NCBI GenBank assembly: GCA_949106495.1
Contig: CARYZD010000005.1
Coordinates: 32,945-96,944, forward strand
DNA: 64,000 bases
Source: an uncultured Clostridia bacterium
GTDB lineage: Bacteria > Bacillota > Clostridia > TANB77 > CAG-465
Direction: 5' to 3'
In this document: positions 53,164-63,972 of the stretch, piece after piece
How the letters are laid out: every line of letters starts with the position of its first letter
Position numbering within the stretch: position 1 is the first letter of the stretch
Made by a program: the position numbers and the translations under genes
Notes under the pieces: generated by a model
Seen by the model: only the letters and a program-made list of their open reading frames with translations
What the model was told of the DNA's origin: nothing
Databases searched by the model: none

Positions 53164-54774
53164 CTATAGACTCTTTTCCTTTTTCATTAAGTCAGAGTTT
53201 TGCTCTAAGTACTCATCATAAGTACATCTTTTATCTACAATTCCATCTTCTGTAATCTCAATTATTCTATTTGCTACAGTTTGAACAAATTGATGGTCAT
53301 GTGATACAAATACAAGTTCTGCATTTGTTCTAATTAAGCCTTCATTTAAAGCTGTAATACTTTCAAGATCTAAATGGTTTGTTGGCTCGTCTAAGAATAA
53401 TAAGTTTGGTGCTTCAAGCATTGCTCTTGCAAACATACATCTTGCTTTTTCTCCACCAGAAAGTACACCGATTTTCTTTAACGCTTCGTCTCCTGAAAAT
53501 AACATTCTTCCAAGGAAACTTCTAACAACAGTTTCATCTGTTATACCATAGTCATCTCTTAACCATTCTGTTATATTTTTATCTACTTTAAAATATTCTT
53601 CATTATCTTGTGGTACATATGATGGTTTTATTGTTTGACCAAATGTAATTGTTCCAGTATCTGGTTTAACTTTTCCCATTATTATATTAAATAATGCAGT
53701 TTTAGCAATTCCATTTGCACCTACTAATGCTATTTTATCTCCTTTTAATATTTTAAAAGAAACATTTTTTAATAATTGTTCTCCATCAACATTTAATGAT
53801 ACATCTTCTACAGATAATATCTCTCTACCAGATTCCCTTTCAGGTTTAAAATCTATAAATGGATATCTTCTAGTAGATGGTTTTATTTCATCTAATTCAA
53901 TTTTTTCTAATGTTTTCTTTCTTGATGTAGCTTGTTTAGACTTAGAAGCATTTGCGCTAAATCTTCTAATAAAGTCTTCAAGTTCTTTAATTTTTTCTTC
54001 TTTTTTCTTATTTGCATCTTTCATTTGTTTTAATGCAAGTTGAGAAGATTCATACCAGAAATCATAGTTTCCAACAAATATATTAATTTTTCCATAGTCT
54101 ATATCTAAAATATGTGTACATACTTTATTTAAGAAATATCTATCGTGAGATACTACAATTACTGTATTTTCAAAATTAATTAAAAACTCTTCAAGCCAGC
54201 TTATTGCTGCCATGTCTAGGTTATTTGTTGGTTCATCAAGTATTAATACATCTGGATTTCCAAATAATGCTTGTGCAAGTAATACTTTAACTTTTTCAGG
54301 TCCAGATAATTCTTTCATTAAGCATTCATGATATTCTGTATCAATTCCAAGTCCTGTTAATAATTGTGCTGCATCAGTATCTGCCATCCACCCATTTAAT
54401 TCTGCAAACTCTGCTTCTAGTTCTCCTGCTCTTATTCCGTCCTCATCACTAAAATCTGGTTTTGCATATAATGCATCTTTTTCTTGCATTATTTCATATA
54501 ATCTCTCATTACCACGTATAACTGTATCAATAACTTTTACTTCATCATACATATAGTGATCTTGTTTTAATATACCAAGTCTTTCGTCTTTTGTTTTATA
54601 CACTTCTCCTTCACTTGGTTCTAAATCCCCTGTTAATACTTTTAAAAATGTAGATTTACCGGCACCATTAGCACCAATAACTCCATAACAGTTGCCAGGT
54701 GTAAACTTTACGTTTACATCTTCATATAATACTCTTTTTCCAAATCTTACTGTAACTCCGTTTGTTCCTAACAT
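53164..54774 (-). CDS. ABC-F family ATPase (two ABC domains, no TM domain; translation-factor/ribosome-protection type)
   Basis: 536 aa. Two Walker A motifs (GANGAGKST; GANGIAKT), two LSGGE signatures, and an inter-domain linker rich in K/E. Confidence 0.85.
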   Translation of the reverse strand: MLGTNGVTVRFGKRVLYEDVNVKFTPGNCYGVIGANGAGKSTFLKVLTGDLEPSEGEVYKTKDERLGILKQDHYMYDEVKVIDTVIRGNERLYEIMQEKDALYAKPDFSDEDGIRAGELEAEFAELNGWMADTDAAQLLTGLGIDTEYHECLMKELSGPEKVKVLLAQALFGNPDVLILDEPTNNLDMAAISWLEEFLINFENTVIVVSHDRYFLNKVCTHILDIDYGKINIFVGNYDFWYESSQLALKQMKDANKKKEEKIKELEDFIRRFSANASKSKQATSRKKTLEKIELDEIKPSTRRYPFIDFKPERESGREILSVEDVSLNVDGEQLLKNVSFKILKGDKIALVGANGIAKTALFNIIMGKVKPDTGTITFGQTIKPSYVPQDNEEYFKVDKNITEWLRDDYGITDETVVRSFLGRMLFSGDEALKKIGVLSGGEKARCMFARAMLEAPNLLFLDEPTNHLDLESITALNEGLIRTNAELVFVSHDHQFVQTVANRIIEITEDGIVDKRCTYDEYLEQNSDLMKKEKSL

Positions 54775-54893
54775 TTTACTCTCCTTTAAAATACCAGTAT
54801 ATTTTACTATAAAACTAAAAAAAAAGCAAGTTCATAATATATCATAAAAAGACTTGAAACATTATTGTTCCAAGTCTTTTGGTATTTTTAGTT

Positions 54894-55949
54894 TTATATC
54901 TCATTATCTTTCTCATTTAATTTAGCTATTGTTTCTTCTCTATTTTTCTTAGACATAGCTGTTACATTTTCATTAGTATATCCAACTAATGCTTCTGGTC
55001 TTCTTCCAACTAATTCGTTAAATGTATTTGTATATTGTTCATTATTTGCTTTTCCAGAAGCAGAAACTTGTGCTATTGTATGTAATCTTCCATCTTTAGT
55101 CATCATCATTATTGACATAGTAGATTTAACTCCATTTACATAGTTATCATGTAAGTATATCCAAGCTATATCTTTATATTTTATTACATCATATGGTGCA
55201 CAATAACTTACTAAATAATTATCCATAAATAATACTTTAGTTTTATTAAATTCAGCATTGTTTCCTGAAGATAATTCTAATGCAATTTGAGTTAAATCAT
55301 ACTTTTTAGCAATTTTATTTACACTAAATCTAGTACTTATTAAATTAATAATAAAGCATATTAATAAAATATTTGTTGCCATAGCTGCCATTGCGCCAAT
55401 ACCATAAAATATTTGGTAACTATCATTTGGTGTCTTTTTAGCATTTAAAACATATGGTACAAATGCCTCATTGAAATTATATGAGTTTAAGTCTTCTGTC
55501 TCATATATTTCATTATATGTATCAATTGCAAGTTGTTTTAAATCTGATGGCATATTCTCTGTTACACCCTTCATTTCAACAAACTCTAATTCCTCATCTT
55601 CTTCCCATTGTTTTGATATATCATTATATTGAGATTTAGATAAATTTAAAACAAACAAATAATTTTCTCCAAGAGCCAAATAATATTCATCTGTAACACT
55701 ACTATCTACACTATATGTAGCAAAACAATCTGTAATTGCATAAATTTTACTATTTGCATATACTTGTGTATCTGTAACATCTTCAATGTTTACATCACTT
55801 GATATTTTTCTTGATTTTATAATAGTACCAAGTGCAAAGCAAAATATACAAACTAGTAAAGTAACAAGTGCAATATTTCTCATATACTTGTTTTTTCTAA
55901 ATACTTTTAATAATTGTTTTTTATTTTCATTTTCCATAATATAAATCAC
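54894..55949 (-). CDS. hypothetical membrane protein (two TM helices flanking an extracytoplasmic domain)
   Basis: 351-aa ORF. No recognisable motifs. Confidence 0.35.
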   Translation of the reverse strand: MIYIMENENKKQLLKVFRKNKYMRNIALVTLLVCIFCFALGTIIKSRKISSDVNIEDVTDTQVYANSKIYAITDCFATYSVDSSVTDEYYLALGENYLFVLNLSKSQYNDISKQWEEDEELEFVEMKGVTENMPSDLKQLAIDTYNEIYETEDLNSYNFNEAFVPYVLNAKKTPNDSYQIFYGIGAMAAMATNILLICFIINLISTRFSVNKIAKKYDLTQIALELSSGNNAEFNKTKVLFMDNYLVSYCAPYDVIKYKDIAWIYLHDNYVNGVKSTMSIMMMTKDGRLHTIAQVSASGKANNEQYTNTFNELVGRRPEALVGYTNENVTAMSKKNREETIAKLNEKDNEI

Positions 55950-56045
55950 CTATTATAATATTACAATACAGAAAAAACTTTGTCAATAATTATTAGTTAT
56001 TGATTTTTTTATTATTTTATTGTAGCATTAAATTGGTGATAAATT

Positions 56046-56588
56046 ATGAAAAAAATAGACAAAAAAGAATTACAAGAACAATCTAAAAAGAAGGCTAAAC
56101 TTGCTTTTGAAGATTACAAAGCATTTGCATTAAAAGGAAATGCCTTAGACCTAGCAATAGGTGTTGTTTTAGGTGGTGCATTTACTACTATAGTTAATAC
56201 ACTTGTATCTGCTCTTATTACTCCGCTAATTAGTATAATTACAAGTAATGTTGACTTATCTAAATTATTTATTACTTTAAAAGGTGGACATTTTGATACT
56301 TTAGAAGCTGCCAAAACTGCTGGAGCAATAACTTTAAACTATGGAGAAATACTAACTGCAATAATTAACTTTATTATAGTATCTATAGTTTTATTCATAA
56401 TAGTTAAAACATTAACAAAAGCAAACAAAAAAGATACTGAAAAAGTAGAGATTACAACTAAAACTTGCCCATATTGTTTAAGTACTATTCCACTTCAAGC
56501 AACAAGATGTGCACATTGTACAAGTATATTAGAAGAAAATACTAATAATATTAAAATTGATAATGAAGAACAAAAAAACCACGAATAA
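56046..56588 (+). CDS. mscL: large-conductance mechanosensitive channel MscL with C-terminal zinc-ribbon extension
   Basis: KGNALDLAIGVVLGGAF...ITPLIS is the MscL TM1 signature. The extra C-terminal ~40 aa carry CPYC...CAHC. Confidence 0.8.
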   Translation: MKKIDKKELQEQSKKKAKLAFEDYKAFALKGNALDLAIGVVLGGAFTTIVNTLVSALITPLISIITSNVDLSKLFITLKGGHFDTLEAAKTAGAITLNYGEILTAIINFIIVSIVLFIIVKTLTKANKKDTEKVEITTKTCPYCLSTIPLQATRCAHCTSILEENTNNIKIDNEEQKNHE

Positions 56589-56613
56589 TCGTGGTTTTTT
56601 ATTTTCAAATTAA

Positions 56614-56892
56614 TTATTTTTTGTTAACTAATTCTTTTAAAGCTTTTCCAGCTTTGAATACTGGAGCTTTAGAAGCTGGTATTTTTATTTCAGCTTTAGT
56701 TTGTGGGTTTCTTCCTTTTCTAGCAGCTCTTTGTCTTACTTCGAAAGTTCCGAATCCAACTAATTGTACTTTTTCTCCGTTTCTAAGTGCTTCTTCAACA
56801 CTAGTTACGAAAGCGTCTAAAGCAGTTTCAGCAGCTTTTTTAGTTAATTTGCTTTCTTCTGCGATTTTAGCAATTAATTCAGCTTTATTCAT
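56614..56892 (-). CDS. hup: DNA-binding protein HU
   Basis: [19 protein letters not shown]...[41 protein letters not shown] is the canonical HU sequence pattern. Confidence 0.85.
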   Translation of the reverse strand: MNKAELIAKIAEESKLTKKAAETALDAFVTSVEEALRNGEKVQLVGFGTFEVRQRAARKGRNPQTKAEIKIPASKAPVFKAGKALKELVNKK

Positions 56893-56919
56893 CATTATCC
56901 CTCCTATTAATCACTTTAT

Positions 56920-56956
56920 ACTTAGTTTATACTACAAAAGAGTAGTAATGTCAACA
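56920..56956 (-). promoter_or_regulatory. putative sigma-A promoter of hup (TTGACA-18-TATAAA)
   Basis: Minus strand: TTGACA at 56949-56954 and TATAAA at 56925-56930. An upstream palindromic aaaaaaacg-tc-gttttttt serves as a bidirectional terminator. Confidence 0.4.
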
Positions 56957-56997
56957 CTTTTCCCCCTTTTTCTAGCAAAAAAACGTCGTTTTTTTAC

Positions 56998-58587
56998 TTA
57001 AATTCTAAACAATTTACATAGTTTGTTTCCATAAGGTAGCTGCTGTATTTCTTCTTTGTTTAATACTCTTAATAATACTACTAAAATAGCATATACTAAA
57101 ACACCTACGCCAATTGATAGAAGTGTAGATATTGTATTGCCTAAATGTATAATAATGAATAATTTATATGCTAGAAATACAGATATTCCCATAAAAGTAC
57201 TTGCAATAAATGGTTTTATTAGTACTTCTTTTAAAGGCATTTTTTCTTTTAATGTTTTATATAGCACAAATGTAGATATAATAAACGCTGTTGAACTATA
57301 TATTATACTTGTAACTGCTGGTACTACTTCTCCAAACATTGGTATAAATATTACATTTAATATATATTTAATTGCAGTTCCTACAAGAAGTGCAAATCCA
57401 GGTACAGCAAGTTTTCCAATTCCTTGTAATGCTCCTGTTACTGTTTGACTTAACACTGAGAAGAATAATAGCCAACACTCAATTTGTAATAAGTATGCTC
57501 CCTCTGGTGCATTTGGAAATATCATTTTAAATATTGGTGTAGCAAGTACAAATAGTCCAAATGTACAAGGAAGAGCTATTAAAGATGATATTTTTAACGA
57601 ATATTCAATCTTATTAATTGCTTCATCTTTTCTATGTCTTGCTATTGCAGATGAAATAAATGGTACAAGTGCTACAGAAAATGCAACATTTATAGATAAT
57701 GGAACTGCAAGTAAAATATCTACTTTACCAGATAATATTCCATACTTAGCATTTGCTGTCATTATATCATAACCATATTTTTGAAGTCCGTTTACAACTG
57801 TAACAACATCAATAAGACCTGCTAGTGCAGACACAACACTTCCAAAAGAAATTGGTATAGCATATGATATTAATTTTCTTGCTATTTTTTTTCTTGGTTC
57901 TATTGCAAATTTTTCTGAGTTATTTATCTCTTTCCATATCTCATTTCTATTTTTTTTATAATATCTTACTAAATATAAGAATGCTGCAGATGTAGCAACT
58001 GTTGTCGCAAGTGTAGAACCAGCTGCCATTATTTCAGGACTCTGTCCTATAAGCATAAATACAAATATAACTGAAAATACACAATTTATTATTTGTTCTA
58101 TAATTTGAGCTTTACTATATTCACTCACATTTTCCATACCAATAAAGTAACCTCTAAGTACAGCTGACATAGATACAAAGATTATTGCAGGAGATAATGC
58201 CATAAGAGTATATTTTACTCCTGGATTATTTAGTACTGTATTAGATATAAATCCTGCTCCAAAAAATAATGATAAAGCAAAAATAGTTGCAATGCTTACA
58301 AATACTAAAAAGGCTGTTTTAAAAATTCTATGAGCACCTTTTCTATCTCCTAATGTTATTTTTTCAGATACAAGTTTAGATATAGTATTTGGTATACCCA
58401 TTGTAGCAATAGCAAGTATAAAAGTATATACCATATATCCTGAACCATAATAACTATTACCCACATCTGAAAATTGTGGTATATTAGTTTGAATAATTCT
58501 ATAAATAAATCCTAATATTTTAATTAATATTTGAGAGCCCATTATGACAAATACGCCCTTCATAAAAGATTGCTTCTTTATAGCCAA
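56998..58587 (-). CDS. MOP-superfamily flippase (polysaccharide biosynthesis protein / SpoVB-like)
   Basis: 529 aa with about 14 TM helices. Architecture typical of Wzx/MurJ/SpoVB proteins. Confidence 0.65.
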   Translation of the reverse strand: MAIKKQSFMKGVFVIMGSQILIKILGFIYRIIQTNIPQFSDVGNSYYGSGYMVYTFILAIATMGIPNTISKLVSEKITLGDRKGAHRIFKTAFLVFVSIATIFALSLFFGAGFISNTVLNNPGVKYTLMALSPAIIFVSMSAVLRGYFIGMENVSEYSKAQIIEQIINCVFSVIFVFMLIGQSPEIMAAGSTLATTVATSAAFLYLVRYYKKNRNEIWKEINNSEKFAIEPRKKIARKLISYAIPISFGSVVSALAGLIDVVTVVNGLQKYGYDIMTANAKYGILSGKVDILLAVPLSINVAFSVALVPFISSAIARHRKDEAINKIEYSLKISSLIALPCTFGLFVLATPIFKMIFPNAPEGAYLLQIECWLLFFSVLSQTVTGALQGIGKLAVPGFALLVGTAIKYILNVIFIPMFGEVVPAVTSIIYSSTAFIISTFVLYKTLKEKMPLKEVLIKPFIASTFMGISVFLAYKLFIIIHLGNTISTLLSIGVGVLVYAILVVLLRVLNKEEIQQLPYGNKLCKLFRI

Positions 58588-58606
58588 AGCTTTTTCCTCC
58601 TTAAAT

Positions 58607-60277
58607 TTATCTTAAGTAACACCCACCACCAATAAATTCTCTTAGTATTGATGTACTAGGTATTAAGTCTGGTTCTATTCCAATAAAATTCCTTAATGTA
58701 TTTAATAATCTTCTTGCTTCTGAATAATATACACTTTCATCTGTAATTTTTAAAAGTAGCTTTTCTGCAACTGGTTTTAATGCAGCCCATTCATATATTA
58801 AACTTGTATTTAATATATAATCTGCCTTATCTACAAATGGGAAAATATTTTCTTCATCTCCCTTACGTATTTTATTCCATAAATCCATTGTTTTTTCAAC
58901 ACTTACTCCACGAGTAGCATTATCTCTTACAAATCTTCTCATCATTCTTAAATCATTAGATGAAAGCATTGTATATGCATCAAATCTTATACTTACCATA
59001 GGTGCAACATATAATTTAAATATCTTATCTTTAGGTATAAATTCTGAAGATTTAGGATTTAAAGCATGAATTCCTTCTATAATTAATATATCATTATCTC
59101 CTAGCTTAATTGGTTTATTTATATATTCTTTCTTTTGAAGCTTAAAATTAAATGTTGGTATTACAACTTTATTTCCCCTTAATAGTCCAAGCATTTGCTT
59201 TTTAAATAATTCTATTTCAAGATTTTCAAAACATTCATAATCTTCTTTTCCATCTTTTCCAATAGGAATATTTCCTACATCTTTAAAATAATTGTCCATA
59301 CTAATTACTATTGCATTTTTCTTTTTAACCATAAGTGTATCTGCAAGTCTTTGGGCCGATGTCGTCTTTCCAGATGAAGATGGACCTGCAAGCATTACTA
59401 TTTTTACAGAATTTGTTCTTGTTATTCTTCTTGTAATTTCAAAGAACTCATTTGTATGATAAAGTTCTGCTCGTCTAATTACTTGGTCTATATTATCTTC
59501 GACTATTTTCTTGTTTAAATCATTCACGCTTTCAACAGATGTAACTTTACAAACTTCTGCAAATTTATTTGAAAGTTCAAACATACGATTTGTTTCAATC
59601 TCATACTTAACATCTTCTATATTATCTTTTTCAGGAAGCATAAGTATTACACCATTTTTATATTTTCTAAGGTCAAATCCTTTTATACACCCAGTATACA
59701 TTGCTACTGCTCCATATAAATATGTATAAAAATCATCAACATAATATACAGTATAATTTTCATTCAAACTTAAATCTACAATATTTTTAACCTGTTCTCT
59801 ATTATTCAAAAAATTAGCAATTCTTCTACTACTTCCTTTTTCTTTCATAATTCTATAATTTGCTGATATTATTTTTTCCATTTCTTCTTTTATATCTTTA
59901 ACCATCGAAGAAGTAATTTCCTCATCTTGCTTTACAAATGCAAAATAATCCCTTCCAGTTTTATTTGAAAATTTAAAATGTAATTTTATTTTAAGTCTAT
60001 GTACAGCCATAAGAAATATGAATTTAAGTGTTCGACTATAAATTCTTTCCCCTTCTCTTGTACTATATGTTATAAAACTACATGTACAATCTTCAATCAA
60101 ATGATACATTATAGATCTTTCTTTATTATTAATTTTAACAGCAAGTATATCCTCATTAATTTCTATTCCAGATTTTTCAATTGCTTCACTAATTCTTGTT
60201 TCTGGTTCAACCATTACTTTCTTTCCATTATCAAAAGTTACTTTTACTAAATTTCTTCTCATATTAAACATCTCCAT
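58607..60277 (-). CDS. uridine kinase/phosphoribulokinase-family nucleoside kinase with N-terminal TGS-like domain
   Basis: 556 aa. Walker A LAGPSSSGKTT in the C-terminal half. Pattern typical of Clostridial 'uridine kinase-like AAA' proteins. Confidence 0.6.
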   Translation of the reverse strand: MEMFNMRRNLVKVTFDNGKKVMVEPETRISEAIEKSGIEINEDILAVKINNKERSIMYHLIEDCTCSFITYSTREGERIYSRTLKFIFLMAVHRLKIKLHFKFSNKTGRDYFAFVKQDEEITSSMVKDIKEEMEKIISANYRIMKEKGSSRRIANFLNNREQVKNIVDLSLNENYTVYYVDDFYTYLYGAVAMYTGCIKGFDLRKYKNGVILMLPEKDNIEDVKYEIETNRMFELSNKFAEVCKVTSVESVNDLNKKIVEDNIDQVIRRAELYHTNEFFEITRRITRTNSVKIVMLAGPSSSGKTTSAQRLADTLMVKKKNAIVISMDNYFKDVGNIPIGKDGKEDYECFENLEIELFKKQMLGLLRGNKVVIPTFNFKLQKKEYINKPIKLGDNDILIIEGIHALNPKSSEFIPKDKIFKLYVAPMVSIRFDAYTMLSSNDLRMMRRFVRDNATRGVSVEKTMDLWNKIRKGDEENIFPFVDKADYILNTSLIYEWAALKPVAEKLLLKITDESVYYSEARRLLNTLRNFIGIEPDLIPSTSILREFIGGGCYLR

Positions 60278-60434
60278 AAAAAATTAAATTACATTTTAGC
60301 ATATTTTTAAATAAATTTCAATGTTTAGTAAATTTTTAAAGCATGTATTATTTAATATTTATATTATATCGTTGTTTACATACTTTTTCTACTATATCTT
60401 GCTTTTTTTGTTAAATTATACTATAATTTTGACT

Positions 60435-61331
60435 ATGAAAGAAATAAAATTATGTAATTTAAAAAGAAATGAAAAATTATTATTCTATATAAAAGAGCAA
60501 TTTCCAAATCTTACTACTTCTGCTCTTCATAAAGCATTAAGAAACAAGGATATTAAGGTAAATGGAAAAAGAATTACAGATGCAAATTATATATTAAATA
60601 ATAATGATATATTAACAATATATATTGATGATAATATATTGTATGGACTTCCAAAAGAGCTTAATATTGAGTACGAAGATGAAAATATACTTGTTGCATA
60701 TAAGCCACAAGGTATTTTATCTAATAATGAAGAAAATAAACAAACTGAGCCTACCTTTGAAGATTTTGTAAAAAAATCAAAAGGTGAAAATATTAAAATA
60801 TGTCATAGATTAGATAGAAATACGTCAGGTCTTATTATATTTTCTAAAAACGATAAATCATATACAGAGCTACTTGATGGTTTTAAAAATGGATATATAA
60901 CAAAAGAATATATTGCCTATGTTTATGGAAGTAATTTTAATAAAAATTCATATCACTATGAAAACTATTTATTAAAAGATGAAAAAAATGGTTATGCTAA
61001 AATTTATGATAAAAACATACCTGGCTCTCAAAAAATAATAACAGATGTTTTTGTCGAAAATGTATACAAAAAGGAAAATTATTCCATACTAAGAGTATTA
61101 ATTCATACTGGAAAAACTCACCAAATTAGAGCTTTACTTTCAAGTATTTCTTATCCAATAATTGGTGACTCTAAATATGGTAAAAATGAAATAAATAAAA
61201 AATTTAAAAAATATAAACAACTTTTATTTGCAGTTAAATATAGTTTTAGTTTTCCAGAAAATTCCTATCTTAATTATTTGAATAAAGTTAAGATAAGTCT
61301 AAATAATGAGTTATATAACAAATTAATTTAG
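60435..61331 (+). CDS. RluA-family pseudouridine synthase (S4 domain + catalytic domain)
   Basis: Catalytic motif HRLDRNTSGLIIFSK and C-terminal HQIRALL. The ORF track starts at 60321, but that N-terminus is a hydrophobic artefact, so the Met at 60435 is the likely start. Confidence 0.75.
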   Translation: MKEIKLCNLKRNEKLLFYIKEQFPNLTTSALHKALRNKDIKVNGKRITDANYILNNNDILTIYIDDNILYGLPKELNIEYEDENILVAYKPQGILSNNEENKQTEPTFEDFVKKSKGENIKICHRLDRNTSGLIIFSKNDKSYTELLDGFKNGYITKEYIAYVYGSNFNKNSYHYENYLLKDEKNGYAKIYDKNIPGSQKIITDVFVENVYKKENYSILRVLIHTGKTHQIRALLSSISYPIIGDSKYGKNEINKKFKKYKQLLFAVKYSFSFPENSYLNYLNKVKISLNNELYNKLI

Positions 61332-61344
61332 AAGGTGAAATTTA

Positions 61345-62016
61345 ATGCAAAACTCCTCAAATGAGTATCACTTAGTTCCATTTAAGAAAAATAAAATATC
61401 AATATATGAAATGATATTAGTTTTTGCTATTGCTTCTATAATAGGATATTTTATTGAAACTGGATATGTATTTTTTAGTGTAGGTAAATTAGTAAAACGA
61501 GGTATGTTAATTGGACCATATTGTCCAATTTATGGGTTTGGTGCTTTAATTCTTTATTCCTGTTTTTATAATATAAAATCTAACACAAAAAATCTACCTA
61601 TAATATTTATAATATCTTCTTTAATATTAGGTTCATTTGAGCTCATTTGTGGGTTAATATTTAAATATACTTTAAATATAGAAATGTGGAATTATTCTAA
61701 TAAGCCACTAAACGTTTTAAATTATACAACAGTTCCAATATTAATTGGCTGGGGAATTCTTGGTACAATATATGTATTTTTTGTCCATCCATTAATTTTG
61801 AATTGTATTAATAAGTTAAAACCTATACTAATACATAAAATCTCATTATTAATTTGTTTTATATTAATTTGTGACTTTTTAATATCTGTAATAATTATTA
61901 AAAATAATCCTTTTATTTTAGACAATTTAGTAAATCCTAATAATAATACAGGTTATGTATATGAGAAAAATGAAGAGAATTTAATTTCTCTTCATTTTCA
62001 TTTCTACTTGTCTTAA
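61345..62016 (+). CDS. putative ABC-transporter type IV family membrane protein (DUF1113-like), paralog of 48075..48965
   Basis: 223 aa. RGMLIGPYCPIYGFGALILY and WNYS motifs shared with the other copy. Confidence 0.45.
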   Translation: MQNSSNEYHLVPFKKNKISIYEMILVFAIASIIGYFIETGYVFFSVGKLVKRGMLIGPYCPIYGFGALILYSCFYNIKSNTKNLPIIFIISSLILGSFELICGLIFKYTLNIEMWNYSNKPLNVLNYTTVPILIGWGILGTIYVFFVHPLILNCINKLKPILIHKISLLICFILICDFLISVIIIKNNPFILDNLVNPNNNTGYVYEKNEENLISLHFHFYLS

Positions 62017-62821
62017 ATTTACAAAGCCTAAATTTTTAAATCTATTAGTTATCTTTTTCTCATTGCATAATAAGTATTCTCTTACTAAATGCCATGTATT
62101 ATGATAACATCTAGATAAATAATACTTTAACTTTTTTAATTGTCTTTCTTGCTCTATGTCAAGTTCTAATGTAAATGGCTTATCCTCTATATTTTCATAT
62201 AGTAATTGTGCAACAATGTATGCAAGTAAATTATTTAAAACTGGATATTCAATAGAATTTATAATAGATATTTGGTTTCCTGTTACACATACTTTTTTAC
62301 AATCAATTCCATAATGAAATATATAGTATAACCCATCTTTTCTCATTGTATTTTCTAGTGTTTTCCTTCTTGACATTCCTTTTACTAGATTATAATATAA
62401 CTGCATTTCATACTGTTCTTTATCTATTCTTGGAATATTCATGTTTGGAACAACTTCAAGTACTGTACTATACTCATATACAGGATTACTAACTTCAAGC
62501 GTTATATTATCACTAACTGGAACATTAATTTTACCAACTGTATTCATAATAGTATCTAAATTATTCTCTACCTCTTTTTCATCTTTATCATGAAAATACA
62601 AATTAATACTATTAACTTTTTCTATTAAAAATTCTATTTCCTTATTTTTAAATTCTATTCCGATATTTTAAATAATTAATTATATCATATGCCTTAATTT
62701 TAACTTCTTTTTCTGTATATTCTAATGGTGCATCTAATAATAAATTACTTTTATGAAAAAACTTATTCCACATCCTTTTAAAAAAGCTTAGCTTTTCATT
62801 CTTTTTATAACTATTACTCAT
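61981..62821 (-). CDS. hypothetical protein, apparently frameshifted near 62660-62675
   Basis: AGGAGG plus ATG at 62821 opens a 57-aa ORF. The 206-aa ORF continues in another frame with no ATG (only TTG). The switch is at an A/T homopolymer. Confidence 0.3.
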
Positions 62822-62970
62822 AGTTATACACCTCCTATTAAATTATTAATTTTATCTTCATGCTTATAATACGAGATATATTATACCACATTTTTATTTT
62901 TATGTAAAGAATTCCATTCATAAGGTATATAAAATACATTTTATTAATATATTTTATAAGAGGTGATTTT

Positions 62971-63954
62971 ATGATTAATGTTGCAATAGTTGGTGCAACT
63001 GGCGTTGTTGGAGAAATGTTTTTAAAAGTACTTGAAGAAAAAAAATTAAAAATAGATAAATATACATTATTTGCATCTAAAAGGTCAAAAGGTAAAAAAG
63101 TAAAATTTATGGAAAAAGAATATGAAGTTCAAGAATTAACAGAGGATAGTTTTAAAAATGAGAAGTTTGATTATGCATTGTTTTCTGCAGGAGCTTCTAC
63201 TTCAGAAAAATATGCAAAAATTGCAGCTCAAAATGGTTGTATAGTTATAGATAATAGTTCTTGTTTTAGAATGGATAAAACTGTTCCATTAATTGTACCA
63301 CAAGTAAATATGGAAGATGCATATGAACACTTTAATATCATTGCAAATCCAAACTGTTCAACTATTCAAGCTGTATTGCCATTAAAAGTACTTGATGATA
63401 AATATAAAATTAAAAGAGTAATTTATTCAACTTATCAAGCTGTATCTGGTGCAGGAAAAAAAGGAATAGATGATTTATTAAATAATACAACCCAAAAATT
63501 TCCTTATCCGATTGTAAATAACTGTTTACCACAAATAGACGTGTTTACAGAAAATGGTTATACTAAAGAAGAAATTAAGATGATTGAAGAAACTAGAAAA
63601 ATACTAAAAAAGCCTAAACTTCCTGTAACTGCTACTTGTGTAAGAGTTCCTGTATTAAATAGCCATGCAGAAAGTATAAATGTTGAACTTGAATACGATT
63701 TTAAAATAGATGATATTAAAAAATATTTAAACAATTCTGAAGGAATAATAGTAATGGATGATCCAGATAGACAAATATATCCTTTAAATACCTTTGCTTC
63801 TGGAACAGATGAAGTATATATTGGTAGAATTAGACGTGACTATACTGTTGAAAATGGTATTAACTTTTGGTGTGTAGCAGACAATATTAGAAAAGGTGCT
63901 GCATCAAATGCTATTGAAATACTAGAAAAACTAATAGAAAAAGACTTGGCGTAA
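62971..63954 (+). CDS. asd: aspartate-semialdehyde dehydrogenase
   Basis: 327 aa. N-terminal NAD(P)-binding VAIVGATGVVG and active-site NPNCST (Cys). Confidence 0.9.
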   Translation: MINVAIVGATGVVGEMFLKVLEEKKLKIDKYTLFASKRSKGKKVKFMEKEYEVQELTEDSFKNEKFDYALFSAGASTSEKYAKIAAQNGCIVIDNSSCFRMDKTVPLIVPQVNMEDAYEHFNIIANPNCSTIQAVLPLKVLDDKYKIKRVIYSTYQAVSGAGKKGIDDLLNNTTQKFPYPIVNNCLPQIDVFTENGYTKEEIKMIEETRKILKKPKLPVTATCVRVPVLNSHAESINVELEYDFKIDDIKKYLNNSEGIIVMDDPDRQIYPLNTFASGTDEVYIGRIRRDYTVENGINFWCVADNIRKGAASNAIEILEKLIEKDLA

Positions 63955-63972
63955 AATCCAAGTCCTTTTTTG
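63943..63972 (+). terminator. intrinsic terminator after asd
   Basis: Hairpin gacttgg-cgtaaaat-ccaagtc plus TTTTTT, overlapping the asd stop. Confidence 0.6.
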
